DNA of 63,745 nt, filler included, from Klebsormidium nitens (GCA_000708835.1; 6 parts of 6 records of this genome joined end to end with filler, not necessarily neighbours in it), one strand, 5' to 3'. Counted from the whole stretch's first letter, positions 21,220-35,343 are shown. The notes: generated from the sequence alone by a model not told the origin. A program made the numbers and translations.

Positions 21220-21365
21220 GCGCTGAATGGTGGCAGCGGGCGGTCGCCCTCCCGCAAGCGCGCCATCAGCGCGGGCGTGCTGCAGGAGCTGGCGACCAGC
21301 AACGACACCATGGCGGCGGCCAAGCAGGCGGCGCGCATCACGCGGCTCACCGGCCAGAAGCAGAG
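21220..21365 (+). other. Isolated GC-rich coding exon without evident partner exons
   Basis: TTTTTTCCGCAG acceptor and GTGAGG donor; open frame ALNGGSGRSPSRKRAISAGVLQELATSNDTMAAAKQAARITRLTGQKQ with strong GC3 bias. Confidence 0.55.
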
Positions 21366-24076
21366 GTGAGGCCCGGGATGACGTCATCTTTGCACACCTG
21401 GGATGACGTCACGAACATAACAACTTGTCGGTTGCCATGCTTACGAATCTTTTGACATTCTTGGCTCGCTCCATGAACTGGCTTTGACCGTTGAAAGAAC
21501 CTTCCCTGGTTAGCTGTTGCCGAATGGAGAGAGGGGATGTCTGCTCAATTTACGAAGTCCCTTTACGCAACGGGGTGAGCAAAGGCTAGAGACGAAGTCA
21601 CCAAGTGGTGAAGTGAAAGCAAATTGGCGGCCGGTCACGAAGATGCCCTGTCGTCGTCTAAGTTAGATGAATCGACTTTGCCTGAAAGTCGATCTAACCA
21701 AGACCGCAAATCACAAGTCCGTTGCGCCGGGTCTGCGCTTAACAGAACGATAGCATTGACTGGTCCAGGTTTGACACTTTCCCGTCACATTTCTTTGACG
21801 TCGACCTAGCAACGCCTGTACCTGATTCGACCTAGTGAGGAAGCTTCTGAAAATTCCGCTTATTTGTTTTAGCACCTCAGGGCTCAGGCGTTCTTTGGCT
21901 TCCAAGGGATGCATTTGTACACCAGCTCATCAGGCTAGCCAATATGTGTCTGACACGTGGCTTCTCTGGGCAGGTACATGGAGATGAGTCGGGCGACCGA
22001 GAACGAGCGCGCGTCGGCGGCCGCGACCGGGTCTCAGACGCTCTTTGGAGTCGACGTAGCCGCGTGAAAAGGAAGCAAGAAAGAGTCTTCTCAGTTAAAA
22101 GCATAAAGCTGAGGACGTAACCAGCCTTGAAAGTGTTTGATTCGGCAGGAGTGTCGAACTCAGTTGTTAAGAGATTTCGAAGCGGCGAAAGCCAGGTCGG
22201 CAGGTCTTATGCAACTGTTGAAGCCGCTTTTCGCGAGGCCATCGCCATTTTGCAGAGGCACGCGCGCGCGCGCTATCAGAGCGGTACATGTTGGTGTAAG
22301 AGCAGGAGTGCTGCAATCGTGCTCCCCTTGCACACTGTCGTAGTCCTCGGAAATTCTGTGATGAGCAAAAACGTATGCGCCGCAAATTAATGCTCGTCAA
22401 GAAACGAATAGCGAATTTGTAGCAAAACTCACTGAAGGATAAATCCGGATTCCGTGTGCTGAGCTACTACTGCTGCATGAACGATAGGACGTCAGGTGAG
22501 CTGACTAGATCTGTCGCCCGGTATATAATGACAGGTGGGAATGAGAGAGGTTGCCGCCGTCAAGCTACGACAGGGGAATTGACCACGAGGTTTTGTCAGA
22601 CGCCACGAGCTCCTCAAATCACTGAATGCATTGAGCCCAAACGAAAGCGTTTCTTTGCTCTTTCGGTTACATTAGACGAGATCTTTCGTTGGAAAGATCG
22701 CCTCTTGCAATCTGACCACTCTTGTCACGGACGTAGGGCAAGGGACCGACAGAGCCTGCAGTGCTGCCAAATCAAACCACATCCGTCACAGTTCAGAAGA
22801 AGGAAGGCTATTAAACGAACGTGACAGCGATAGCCATAGCCCATACTCTGTCATGCCGCATTACAATCGTTAGCTCCTGCTGGATTTATGATTTGGGACC
22901 AGTGATGTATGCTGAGGGTACGTCTCATTTCGTAAAGCGACGCCGTAGCTTGTGCGGCCATGATGCACAAGCTTCCGACTCTGCCATGGCGCATAAATGG
23001 TTTGTATGTGCCCTCTTTTGACCAAAATATAAACACAAAGCACTGATCAGGTATATGGCTCCGCATGCACCACCGCGGCGCGGCCCAATCGTATCCCGTC
23101 GCGGCGGCGCGCGGCTGCTCATTATCGCCACCGGGGTCCATATGCGTTCATAGAATCCGCCTCATTATTGGTTCGTGTATTGTGTCCAATCACCGATCGC
23201 TAGACACGATTGAAATCAATCATTCAATCTTGAATTCCAGCCTGAACTCAACCGACAATACAGGGCGGCAAAGTCAAACAGCCATTTGAAAAAACTTAGT
23301 GTGCACCTGTGTGCCAGCGCTATCATAATGCATATACGTGGTACTGAGTCTCCGACTTTCTGGCGGTGCAAGGTTAAGAACAGGCTGTTCGATTAGAACT
23401 TACCATGTGTCTGCGGCGGCTCATGCAGACCGGCCAATCATCTCTGACAAACAACCAAAGATAGAAACTATCCGTATAATATGTAGTGTTGTCTATAGTG
23501 TATATATTCGAGTATATAATTCTTGATCTACCTCGCCCGGAATGTTGTCGGGCACGGTAGTACAATAATCCGGTGACATGGTGTGATTACCTAGTCGCAT
23601 GCATGATCAGCCTCAAAGCCATGTTAGAAAAGCTACGAGCACGATTATTAAGAAGCCAGATCGTCAGTCCGTACACAAAGTATGCATGCGGTTTTTGAAG
23701 TCGCGTTCTATTGCAATTTGTCAAGGCAGCGTTTCGATCTCAGGAAAACAAACACACAAGAATTGTCACTGCTTGTTTCTCTGATATCTGCAGTTTTACA
23801 CTCTTGTTTCAAGCTCGTTGGTAGTAGACGGTAAGATATGTCTTTGATGGATAGGCAATGAAGACCAAAAACGTGTTCGGTTGACCACGGCTGACGGTTA
23901 CAAGCTGCGCAAGTCGTACGTTGTTGCTACGGACAACTCAACCCACACCGACCCCTCTAGCTTCATGCACTTGTATCTACTATACTCAACATATTCCGGC
24001 CTGCTGGCTTCGAAATCATCGTGCCTGGTCCTGAGAATATTAGCCGTCAACTTGGCACCAGAAGAACCGGCGCCTT

Positions 24077-25517
24077 TCACTGCTGCCAGAGCTTAAGCCC
24101 AAGGCCGGAGTACGCGTTGATTGCAATTGTGGTGGTGCCATCCAGCGACATCTGCTGCCCACTGATGGTCTTGGATGCTGCCTCGCTGGAGGCGAGGTCA
24201 GTCAGCTGGAACAGGTACGCGTCGATGACACCCTCATATTGTCTGAGCACTTCTGCGACGGGCTGTCCGATGAAGGGGACGGTGTTGAAGAGGCCCGCCT
24301 TGCCGATCAGGATGTTAAGCAGCGCCTGGTGCACGCGCACCATGTCGCGGACTGCGTCCGCAACGGCGGTTGTGTCGGCGCCGCTCAATCGCTCGGCTCC
24401 TTGGGCCTCCTGCAATGATGGGCAACAAGATCTGGATCAGCAGACCACCACGTGGGCCGTTTAAAGCCTCGGTTCATGAAAATCCTTTTCAGGATATTCT
24501 TTGACAGAGGAAAAGTGCTGCTCTGGTCTCTCAAACTATGATGACATACAGGTCACCACCTGCAAACACCCGCTGTTAAGTCGGTCATTTTTTCGTGTGC
24601 ACTATTATGGCGCTGTGCAAGGGTAGTACTGCGCGGTTGGTTATCAAATGCGCGCCTTCTATTGGATGATTTTAGCTCGGCTCTTGGGATTTAATCTGGT
24701 CAGAATTGGAGCCGTCAAAGTCAAGTCAGTGGTGCTACATAGCATTTCAGTACAGGTTATTTCTCAAGCAAATGAAAAGTTGATGTAGATCAACAATCGA
24801 GGTTACTTCGGAGCCTGCTAGTATGTCTTTGGATTGCAGGATAGTCAAACTTCAAATCGACATAGGCCAGGCTTCCACAACAGCAGATTGAAGAATACAA
24901 GTTGAGGATGTACACTTGATGCTTGACCTAGAGCATAATCCATGCAGACTCATTCATACTTCATCATTGAGTCTTCACAAAGCAGCTTGCTCTGGACAAG
25001 CCACCCTTTAGAGACTTTGGAACTTCCTGTGTGGTTGTACAAGCTTGCCCTTTGAACTGGGCTGAGCTCTGCAAAAGCTGTGCAGAATTACAGACATGGA
25101 GCCCCATTTTTTCACACAGAGCAGTTAAGAGGACCAACTTCAGAGAGGGAAGTCTCGTGTTACCGCGTCCAGGGCAGACAGTGCTTTCCCAAATCACCTC
25201 AATTGGGAGCCAGCATGAAGGACTCAGGCTTGAGAAGAGGTGTTCAAGTTGCATACCGCAATGCTGGTGGTCAACTCGGTGATCATCTCGGTGAAGCCTA
25301 CAATGATCTTGGGGAAGGGGCCCTGGCCAATGACGATCAGCGGCCCATTGATAATGGTGATGGATTGGGCGGGGGCCTGGAGAGCTTGGCCTTGCTGAGT
25401 CGCCCTCTTGATGGAGTCAACCAGCTGACGGGGCGTCGCGGACGCGGATGTGGTTGGGGCGCACAGCAGGAGCAGTGCAGAGAGAGCCAACAGGCGGAGG
25501 GCAGTGGGAGAAGCCAT
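24077..25517 (-). CDS. Secreted protein of fungal type (UVI-1-like), two exons 25517-25257 and 24409-24077, about 197 aa
   Basis: Signal peptide MASPTALRLLALSALLLLCA. QALQAPAQSITIINGPLIVIGQGPFP and RVHQALLNILIGKAGLFNTVPFIGQPVA match ascomycete UVI-1-like proteins from memory. Phase-0 GT..AG intron. Confidence 0.8.
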
Positions 25518-27910
25518 GGTACCTGGAGGGAAAGGATGGATGCAACTGTCAGGGACAGCTTGTAAAAGAATAAGCATTTCCTGGGGAAAGGATAGGGAAA
25601 CAAAGTGGCTAAGAGCACACTGCTGAGAATCAGGCTCCTCACGATCAATGAGGACAAGAAGCCAAGAATTGTGAACAAGGAAACGAGAATAAGACTGAAA
25701 GCAACAAGCTTTTTATGATTCTGACTAGAATTGCTTTGAAAGCTTTCTTGGAGACTTTGTCCAAAAACGAGAGCACCGACAGAAAGCAGGAACAGGATTG
25801 ACGGAAACACTATTTCAGCACGAGATTGTAAGGTTTCTTGGACTACCTGCAGGCCTAGCTTCATGTGACCCTCTCTCAGCATTCAGCAGAACATTCCAAC
25901 TTCTGGGATTGCTGAACCCATTGATTGAAGATTATTGAGAGGTGCTCCAAATCAAGTGAACATGTCAACAGAGGTTTTGCGAGTGACTTCAGAAAAGACT
26001 CAAAGGTCTCTCGCAAGCAGGCCAATAATGCAAACACTCTCTTTCCTGAGGTTGCCATTGATATGTGGATGGCAGCCAAAAAAGGAATGTTGCAAGTAAA
26101 TGTGGCATTGCGTGAGTTCTGCGATTCCTAGCGCCTAGGTGGTTTTTGATCATGCTAAGTTGATGAATTTCTGGCTTAAGCTAAATCAAACAAGCAGTTG
26201 CAGAAACAACAATGCTACATGTTCAAAAGGAGAATCTCAACAACCAACATGGCAGCATGCTCTGATCCACCACACTGTCAATATCAGCTCAAGATTCAAA
26301 CAGCCACCATCAAAGAAGGACGAAGGGCAGCAAGATGGCACATCAGCAGCCAATCTTGAGTAGAATTACAAGAAGGTATTGAAGCAGAACAGGCTGTTGC
26401 AACATGCAGCATAAGCTTCAGAGAGCCTGCGACTGAGCTCACCTGAGACGAAGACTAGCTCGCAGAGGTCCTCTCACCGCAGAGACTGCTGGTGGTGATC
26501 TGGTCAGCTGCTGACAGGGTTGGGGATTGGTGGCGCCTGCTCTTGAAGTAAGCAAGTGCAATAACACCAGGTCTTCGGGCACCGAGCAGGAGTAGCAAAA
26601 TTGCTGGCTTGCAGGGGAGGAATCAGGGGGCAAAGACCGGTACTCAGTTCTCGAATCCCCTTAGGTAGTAGAAGGACCTAAGAATCTGTGACAAGCCTGC
26701 TACTGTAGCCAGCAGTACTGAGTAGGTACTAGGTACCGTATCGGGTGTTGGACCAGCCAACGAGAGAGGACGGTACTTGAGCAGTGTGCAGTGCTGGGGG
26801 AATAATTTGCAATGTACGTACCGGTACCTACCATGGTAGCCGACTGCACGTCTTGAGCCCTTTGTCATTGGCAGACCCTTCCCTCATGGTCCATGGAATC
26901 CCCAGACGTATACCGTATCCCTGTGAGTCACCGACTTGTGGTGCCTTGGTCTGACCGTACGCCGCGCAATCATTATGCCCAATTACTGCTGAAGCTGACA
27001 CTCGTCGTATGTCACATGGCCTAGCCGCTTATGTTCCTTCAGGTTCACATTTTACGGATCACGCTTCAAGCTGGATTGGATATCATGCATTCCCGCATCT
27101 AGACATATTGCGTGTCTTTCTATCTCCGCGTATGAAGAGGGTTGTTACCTACCGGCTGGAGGCTCCGCTGCTTGCGAGAATGCGAACATGTACGGATATT
27201 GACCGACTCCTGACGTGATCAACGACCGTTAGGTATAAGGATGGATAAGGATGACGTTGTTCATAGAATGCATCGGACGGTTTGCAATACCAGTCGAGGT
27301 CATACGAGGGTGCAGATCGCTCCACGTCAACAATCCAATTCATCCGCCCGACTCGGATTATTTTGCGGATCTTGGTTCTTCATGTGATGACGTTGTGTAT
27401 CTTTGACATATGCAAATTCGGGCCAAACCTCCGATCAATTCGCCGGTACGTCGCGCCCCGGGCCAGCCAGCCGGCGCCGGCCCGGCCGCGGCCTGTCATG
27501 CCCTGAGTGCACACTGATGCGCCGCGCCTAGTCGCGCGCGGCGGCCTTGTAATATGACATCGGAAGAATGCTGGGCCAGAACAGCTACGACTCCATATAA
27601 GCCATCGAACCAAACAACAAGTTTGTGTGACGATATTATATTCTGACCTCTTCGTTCCATTGTCAATGGAAATATCTGCATATTCATACACTTGACATTT
27701 CACCCGACAATGGGTGGATCTACTAAGCTGTCAACCCTGCAAACTCAAGTATCAAAGTCTGCATAATGGACTGGGTTACTCCCGTGACAGGACGACGCGC
27801 TCACATATTTGGCTACATGTCATCGAGCCAGCTCTATGTTGGCGAGCGCGCCATTTGATTTGAGTTGAACCGCTCCGCACTGCTCACGACCCAGTTCCCC
27901 CTCTAACCCC

Positions 27911-30900
27911 CTAGTACGACTTCACAAGACTTCTCCAATGTATGCCGACCAGCGTGGGCAGCATGCGCTTCATTTTGGAGAAGCTCCGTTGCGGCTTCAG
28001 CACGACCTTCTCGAAGCTCGGCCGCCGCTTCATCTCCTGGAGGTACTCCAACAAGTTGGGCCGCGGCTCCAGGATCTCCTTCGTCAAGTCCGCCAACTCG
28101 ATCCGCGCCAGGATGGGCAGCAGCATGCAGTCCGCGGTCGACAACGCGTCCCCGCACAAGAAACTCGTCACCGCGAGCTGCCGCTCCGCGGCGTCCAGGA
28201 GCACGTACAGCTGCCGCATGTTCTCGTTCACCATCTGGCAAGGGGTTAGCGCACCAGTCAGGAATGTAGTTAAGAGTTTGGGGAGAAGAGTTTAGTACCA
28301 GATCTCAGGGGACTATCTACGTAGTCGCGGATGTGATGAAAGAGATGTTGACCTCTGGACTGTCCACAAAAGAGTCGACGAGTCCTGAAAGTTCTTCACG
28401 ATCGTTCAATCAAGAGAGAGGGATTCCCAATCCGGAGAGGGGTTCTTCAACATCGTTCCTCAAAATCCTCACCCGAGGAAACTCCAACATTCTCGAAGGC
28501 TGTCCAAAAGAGTGAAGATAGGGTCAGAAGTGTCGAGAATGTCTCGGGCTGTCACGGCTATGACCAACCTAGGTCCAGACGAGAAAGCCAGCAAGCAAAG
28601 CAAGTGACGCACGCGTGACAGCACGCGCGAGGTTCAAGAGAGCTCGAAAGATGTAGACAGACTTTCTGGCTTTTCTACTGCTTTTACACCGAAAGACCAG
28701 ACCGGAAAGGAGTAGAAAGAGTAGCAAGGCGTCAAAGAAGACGCTGAAAACGTGCATTGGTCATGACTTTGCCCGCTGAGAAGGTAGATGTAAAACGAGT
28801 ATTGTCGAACGAAATTGTTTGGCTCCCATACGTGTTGCTGACGAGCTTCAGATAGTCCTGAGCCGCCAGGTGATGTACATTGGGCTCTTGAAACGGATAC
28901 TGGCGAGAAAACAGCTTTCCATCTTTCAGCAGACTCAACGCAGATACGAAATTTCCGAATTTGGACAACCCTGTCACGTCCCGGATAGGCTGATAATCAA
29001 GGAATGCAACGTCGTCAAAACGAATAAAAACCGGGGTTGCCGGGACCCCTGAGCTCTTCCGGATGTCGAGGCGAAGCAAGAATGAAGCGAGACTCCCGAA
29101 AGCGTCAAGACCGCAAGACGCCCCAAATGCAACGCATTGGACATCCTCAAAAAGACCCTCAATCGACTGCCCGGCACTTTTGAGAAGCAACCACCAAAGC
29201 TTTCGAAAAACGACTTTCGAAGGAAGGCAGAGGAAGACAAAGCGTCAAGTACAAACGAAGGGGTCGAACCACCGGCCAAAAGAGAAGGTTAGAAACAAGT
29301 GTCAGAGACAGACGAAGTACTATCATTGACTGACTGACGTCCTCTAACTTGCAAGGTCGCAGGACGTGTTTTTTGACAGTCCGTAGGGGTCCTGCTATCT
29401 CTGCCTCTCGACATTGTAAACCCTGAGGCGTGATTCGAAGGTCCTTCTCAAGGTCAGCCAGCAAGACGTCGGACAATTGAAGAATCATGGATAGGACATA
29501 CGAGCAAAGCGGACCACTCCTTATTGGTAGCCCAACCTTTACAGAACCCCGACGTCTGGACGCCACATAAGTCCTCCTGAAAAGAATGTCAACGGCCCTC
29601 GAAATTGCAGCATACTGTCCATACTGAACGAACCGTGCCCCTGGGACTATGGTGGTGGGAGCGGACCGAGTTACGCCAACCTATTTGCGGAAACATTGAA
29701 TAAACTTACCTCGGGATTCCGAATGTCTTCTAGCAGCTTGTGGAGGGCATCAAGCTTGGCCCGGTAGGACGGCACCAGCGACGGATGCCGCTCCATGCGT
29801 GCGATAATGCACCGTCGCTTGAACTCGCTCAGCTTGCCCCGCAGGTACCGCCCGTTTGAGCCAGGCATGTAGCTGGGGCGGAGAAAAGTATTCCCATCAG
29901 ACACGAATTGGACCTCATAGAGGGAGGAGTTCCACCAAGCGTTTGGTCGGGTCAGCATTTACAGCGGTCCAACTCGATTAACTTGGGCTTACACCTGCTA
30001 AAAACAAGGTGTGAGGAAATCTGGCGTTGAAGAGCTACTCATTGACGTAAAACATTGTTATGTCTTGATGAACGTCAAAGATAACGGCAGCAGACATGCC
30101 TCACGTTACACCGACCTCTGGTCACAAAAAACATCCAATTGGAGGCAACAGAAGGAGCGTGAAATACTGCAAAGAGGAAAAAGCTCTGGCAGATTCTCAA
30201 CTTTTTTTGGACAGTCATTCAGCTTGAAGCGGTTCGCAACCATCATAATAAGACAGGAGACAAAATGGAAGATCATTGAAGGACAGAAACGTGTCTTGTG
30301 GTTGTTGATCAATTGTGGGGCGGAGTGGTCCCTGAGGAGGATTCTTGAGCAAAAGCTTCACAAAGGAGCAGCCTGATGTCTGCGGAGGCGAGACTGATGT
30401 GTCCCGCAGGACGACTATGCTACGGATTGCTCATCAGACTTGTCATAAGGTACAATGCTTAAGATTCCTAATAAGCAACAATGCAACAGGTCGACAAGTC
30501 AACTGTCATAGTAAATGCATTATATTAACATAAGAAGGCGCGGAAGGCATCAAGAAAAAGTCGGGCAAGGAAAGTGGTGGTACCCCAAGATTGCTTTGGG
30601 TCAGTTCCAAACAATCAAATCCTCTTCATGCAATAGCAATCTTGTGATCAAAACAAAGGAAGACCTGAAAGCAGGGGACTCACGCATATGTCCAGAAGGT
30701 GTCGTCCCAGTCTGTGAGCTGCTGCACCCAGTTGTTAACCAGGGGTCGGTTGACCAGATCCTTTCCTAGGGGCTCAAACATGGAATCCAGGTACCTATAC
30801 AGCACCGAGGCGTGGAGGTTTCATAAGAATTACTGCATCCTTTGTACCTGTGTGAAAAACTTTGAAAGAAGCCCGCCTCACAGTCCATCTTCACACACTT

Positions 30901-31950
30901 ATGTCCGGGGGTCGAAAAAGTGAGCAGTTACTGTAGTCACTGACATCGCCCCGCCTTCAAATATAAGTTGTCAGGATATAATCAAGCACACGGACACGTG
31001 ACACAGTTCAAACTAATTATAAGACCCCTTCTTTTTGGGGGAGTGCCTGAGATTCCTGAGCATGTTGAAGACGAACAGAGGCCAGACTTCAAGTCATGTC
31101 CTTGAGCAGCGTCCGATGTTTGGACTGGACTCTTGTATTCCAGCAATTGACCTCAGGCGGTCATTTTGTTTGCTTCCCTTGTGGCTAGTACCGAACCGTA
31201 TTGAGGCAACACTGCAACGTGTGTATGTGTATTTGAGGCTCTTCAAACCAATTGGCAGAGCCCTTGCCGGCTTGGGTCGGAGCTACACTTTGGTGGTGCT
31301 TCGCATTGTGTGCACCAGATCTCAAATGCAGCTCTGGTTAACCTTAAAATGGTAACCTGAGCGTTGACCAATATGCGCAGGATGACAGTGCAGGAACTCA
31401 CCTTACGATTGTTTTTGTCTCTATCAAAGATATTCGATGATCAATCAGTGTTGGGACGGTCCCTTTGTTATTCATTTTCATGTACTCCTCTTCGAGGCAC
31501 GAACCGTCAAAAGGGTTCATGACGTGCCCCCAGTAATCAAGGCCTGTTCCATATAAAAGAAGCCTGAGTACAAATCATCAGACACCAACTCAATCCGATC
31601 TTCTTGCAGGCACATTGGCGGCCAATACTTTTAAAGCTGACAAGGGTTTCAAGATCCTATTTGCTGACGGAAAGACAGGCAGCTTCAGAAATGCGACTTA
31701 CAAAACCTGTGCAGTTGAAGCAAGTCAGCTGATGCTCCAGTTGTAGAAGACATGCGCTTCCTGGCTTTAGCAAAAACCTTTCCAATGAGCTTCAAGCTAA
31801 GCTGAGGGCCTTACCTTTCTCTTCTAACACAAGCATACACCTCTGCGAGGCTATATTGGTAGGCCAATAGTAGTAATTTATACCGGCACTCATTCCTCCA
31901 CCCTGTTCAATCCCTCGTGGTGGTATGTCATGCACTGCGGCTTTGTTCAT
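27911..31950 (-). CDS. TCHQD: Glutathione S-transferase, TCHQD class; exons about 31950-31815, 31543-31402, 30794-30684, 29872-29710, 28234-27911
   Basis: In-phase GT-AG splicing. YYWPTNIASQRCMLVLEEKG..MNNKGTVPTL..WDDTFW..IIARMERHPSLVPSYRAKL..STADCMLLPILARI..RRPSF..RSLVKSY*. The start codon could instead be 31893. Confidence 0.9.
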
Positions 31951-32905
31951 GCTGCCTGGCAGCTCCCTCCTCAAACCTGAGCTTCTGTTTCATTCGTATA
32001 GGCTAATTTTGAAGGCGAATTGGTTTCAGAGAAGCATTACCTGCTGAAAGCTCAGTTCCCCAACGGAGTTGCCCATGCAGGACCAGTTTCTAAAGCAGCA
32101 GTTTTTGCATGTATTGGCTTATTGACAGCTTTCCCGCTCTTTCAGCAGATTTCAACAAAGCCAACTTGAGGGGCTTAAAGCACGTAATTGTCAATGTCTT
32201 GGCCCACAATTGCTCCAGCTTCACCCCCGACCTGCACAACCCTAAAAATGTGCAAGTAACCCCCTTGCACTTCTCAAACAGGGGCACAAACACACCTTTC
32301 AACGCGTTTCTCACAAAGGAGAAACTCGCATCGCTCCACCAACCTTGGCATCAAACAACACCAACTTTCCTTTGTCTTCTGCATGCGAACTTCCGATTCG
32401 AAGCGCAGGGCAGATAAATACCTAGGTATGCGAGACCGCCTGGAGCGCCAAAGCGCAGGTAAGGGCAGACCTGGTTGTCAAATGTGCAACGCCCCTGCAA
32501 CCTGCCCCGACCAACGTTGACTGGGCGCTTTCCTCTAGCAAGAATCATTAAAGCATGCAAGTCTCAATCGACCCACTAGCTAGGGACTGGTATGCGGTGA
32601 TTGCTGTCAGACCGACTGCCGATGAGGACAGCAACGGTCAGATTCTTGCAAGACAAAAGAATTGGTACGTCTGTGACGTTCGCCATGGAACCTTGACTGC
32701 CATGCGGCCGCCCCACCGTCCTTGCCCGCTAGACAATATCCAAGGATTGCACGAGGATCGAGCTAGAGTAGGTATTAGGTACTACCGTATTAGGGCAGGA
32801 GGACAGGGTGGATCATTCCCTTTTAAATCGAGCACAGCATCTCCTTTGTGGCGTCGTTGCAGCCTCCAATCCCTTGAAAAGAATCAGATTTTCGGGGCTT
32901 TTGGC

Positions 32906-35343
32906 ATGGAGGACGCGGCAGCCAGGAAAGCGCGGTTGAAAGCTTTGAGGGAGGCCGCAGAGCTGAGCGCTCGAGCTGAGGAGGAGCTGGAGACTGGTGC
33001 TCGGGATGAGGAAAATGGAGCGGACGAGCCTGAGTGAGTTGGTTGTCGTTGAATATGTCTATGACCGTTGGTTGGTGCTTCTGTGCCGATTTTGATAAGT
33101 TGTTGATCAGTGTCAATATTGGTACAAAGTTTATCTTTGCCTCAAGCCCTTGCACTGACAATCTCTTGCTGTACCTGTAGAGTAGGGTTTCCTTACTTTT
33201 TGAGGAGCAGTGAATGGAAGTGCTGGGTTTTGCCGGTTCTACAGAAGAAATGTCAAGCAGAATTGACTTGCTGTCCACTCTTTGGGCAAACCCTAATATG
33301 TCTAACCGAGTGTGGTAACTGTGAGAAATTTTGCTGCAACCTCCTGTGATTTTGGGGCTCCGGACAGTAGATTCTCGGTTCTGTAGAAGCACTTTGGTGC
33401 TGCTACTCGGAAACGCAAGCAAGACTCTATCAGCCCTCGTTCGCTGATTTTGACCGGCTATGTATATGTTGTTTGCCTCTGATCAGATGCGTTGAGGTCG
33501 CCCATTTTGTGTAACGTTCATTGCGCAAATTCGAAAAGTTGTGAGCTCTGAGCATTTGACGCCGCCACATCATCTTTTCTAGAACTATTACTGCTAGTCT
33601 GTGCCGGTCTTCAGGAGCTCGAAGCCCCATATCCTTGCCACTGTTTTGGATAAGAACGTACATCAGAAGGGTTTACCACTGCGCCATGCCGCAATGCTGC
33701 AATTCATGATTGAAGGGCTTCTTCCAAACATTCTCAGGATCTCGTTACAGTTGTCTTAACCAACCCGGCAATTGTACTTTGCACATACGGCAAAATATAC
33801 TGTGCTGCGACGTTGCGTACTGTTCAGGACGTTCATCCGGGAGCACTGCTCGTTAATCAATGTTGTTTCCTCCACACTTTCTGCAGGAATGAACAGGGGG
33901 TCCGGTTTCGAAATTACCTGCCCCGAGATGAGGAGCTCCAGCGCCAGCGGGAAGTAGGGCCGATCATCCCCAAGTTTGAAGACCCAGTGGCAAAGTCCCC
34001 AACCGAGATAGACGACCCAGAGGCAAGTGGACCAACTTCGTGCTCAGACATGGAACTATCTTCAGTGCTGGAATGGATGCAAAGGGACAACAGATCTGAA
34101 CCGAGCGTTTGTATACCTGAACGAATGGAATAGAAAATGTTCCTAACATATACGTTTTCACCCTTAGCCAGAGTGCTGTCTCATGCCTCTTTGTAAGTTT
34201 GCAGCAGAGGGAGGTTGCTGCTAAGTGTATTTGGATGTTGGTCCTATCTCTGTCTCGATGAAGCTTTGGCCGGGGTTTCTGCACTGAGGCGCATATCGCT
34301 GTGGCACACAAGACTGATTATATGAAGGAGTCAGAATTTCTGAGAAACTCGAGATTGAGGCTTTGGTAACATTTTACTGGCGTTTCCTGACAGCCGATAA
34401 GCCGCGTTTCTCTGGCCTGGAACCAGGGGGCTGCTTCGACTTGTCGTGCTAGCCAACGGTCGCTGAGGGAAAACGAATCGTACAAACATTCTTCGAACTT
34501 GCACAGGGAAACCTCAGTGTTCCCTCAGACCGATTGTGTTGATCTCGCTTTGGCTTTGACATCAGAGGAAGTGGCGCCTTTTGAACCTGAGCGCTCTTTT
34601 GATGGCTACTTCAGCTGAGGACAGCGAAGTCGGCAACTCTGATGGCCCGTTGTGTGATTTGTGCTAATTTTGGACACTTGACAGATGTGGAAGGGTTGCG
34701 GCCTTTGTTCCTCACCTCCTGTGAAGCAGGCAGGATCAGGAGGCATGAAATCAATGACTTTCAATTCGAACACGGATCGTTCAGCCACAAGAATACCTTC
34801 TCTCAAGGTATTCTCTTACAGCAGTAACTGTCAGTAATGAACATTGATTTTCTTATCTGCAGGATCCCCTTGGCAGTATAGCGCCAAAGAAGCCCAACTG
34901 GGACCTGCGGAGAGACGTTGCCAAAAAGTTGGAAAAGCTTGAAAGGCGGACACAACGGGCCATGGTAGAGCTTCTTCGTGAGTCTCATACTTTCCTCAGT
35001 GCTGTTTTCTTTTGTGATTGGAATCATTGCTTTCGTCAACTCTCGTCTTCATACTTTTCAGCCCTGCTTGGTCGGCTTCAAGGCCGGGTGCTTATCCGAA
35101 AGTGGAATGACGATCTACTCCATTCTGGGTTAGCGGCTGTGGGAAAAGTCTATTGAACGGAGGCAAATGAAGGTGATTTGAGTTGGATTCGCGTTGTTGT
35201 CCCTCCTTACAGGTTCGCATATGCTGGCGTGTTAAGTAAGGAAGTTCCCTCCTATTGACGAAGTTTGTTGGTGTTCATGTGCAGAAGAGGAAGAAAAGCG
35301 GAGACAGGCCGTTTCGGAGGACCAGCAGGTTGTTTTGCAATAG
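32906..35343 (+). CDS. CCDC12: Spliceosome-associated CWF18/CCDC12 protein, 145 aa; exons 32906-33033, 33887-34022, 34863-34977, 35285-35343
   Basis: RKARLKALREAA..RFRNYLPRDEEL..PKFEDPV..IAPKKPNWDLRRDVAKKLEKLERRTQRA; phases are consistent; intron 2 is GC-AG. Confidence 0.92.

Noticed and set aside
28732-29329. ORFs of 88-152 aa inside TCHQD intron 4
   Set aside because: No recognisable motif or splice logic; expected by chance in about 50% GC sequence
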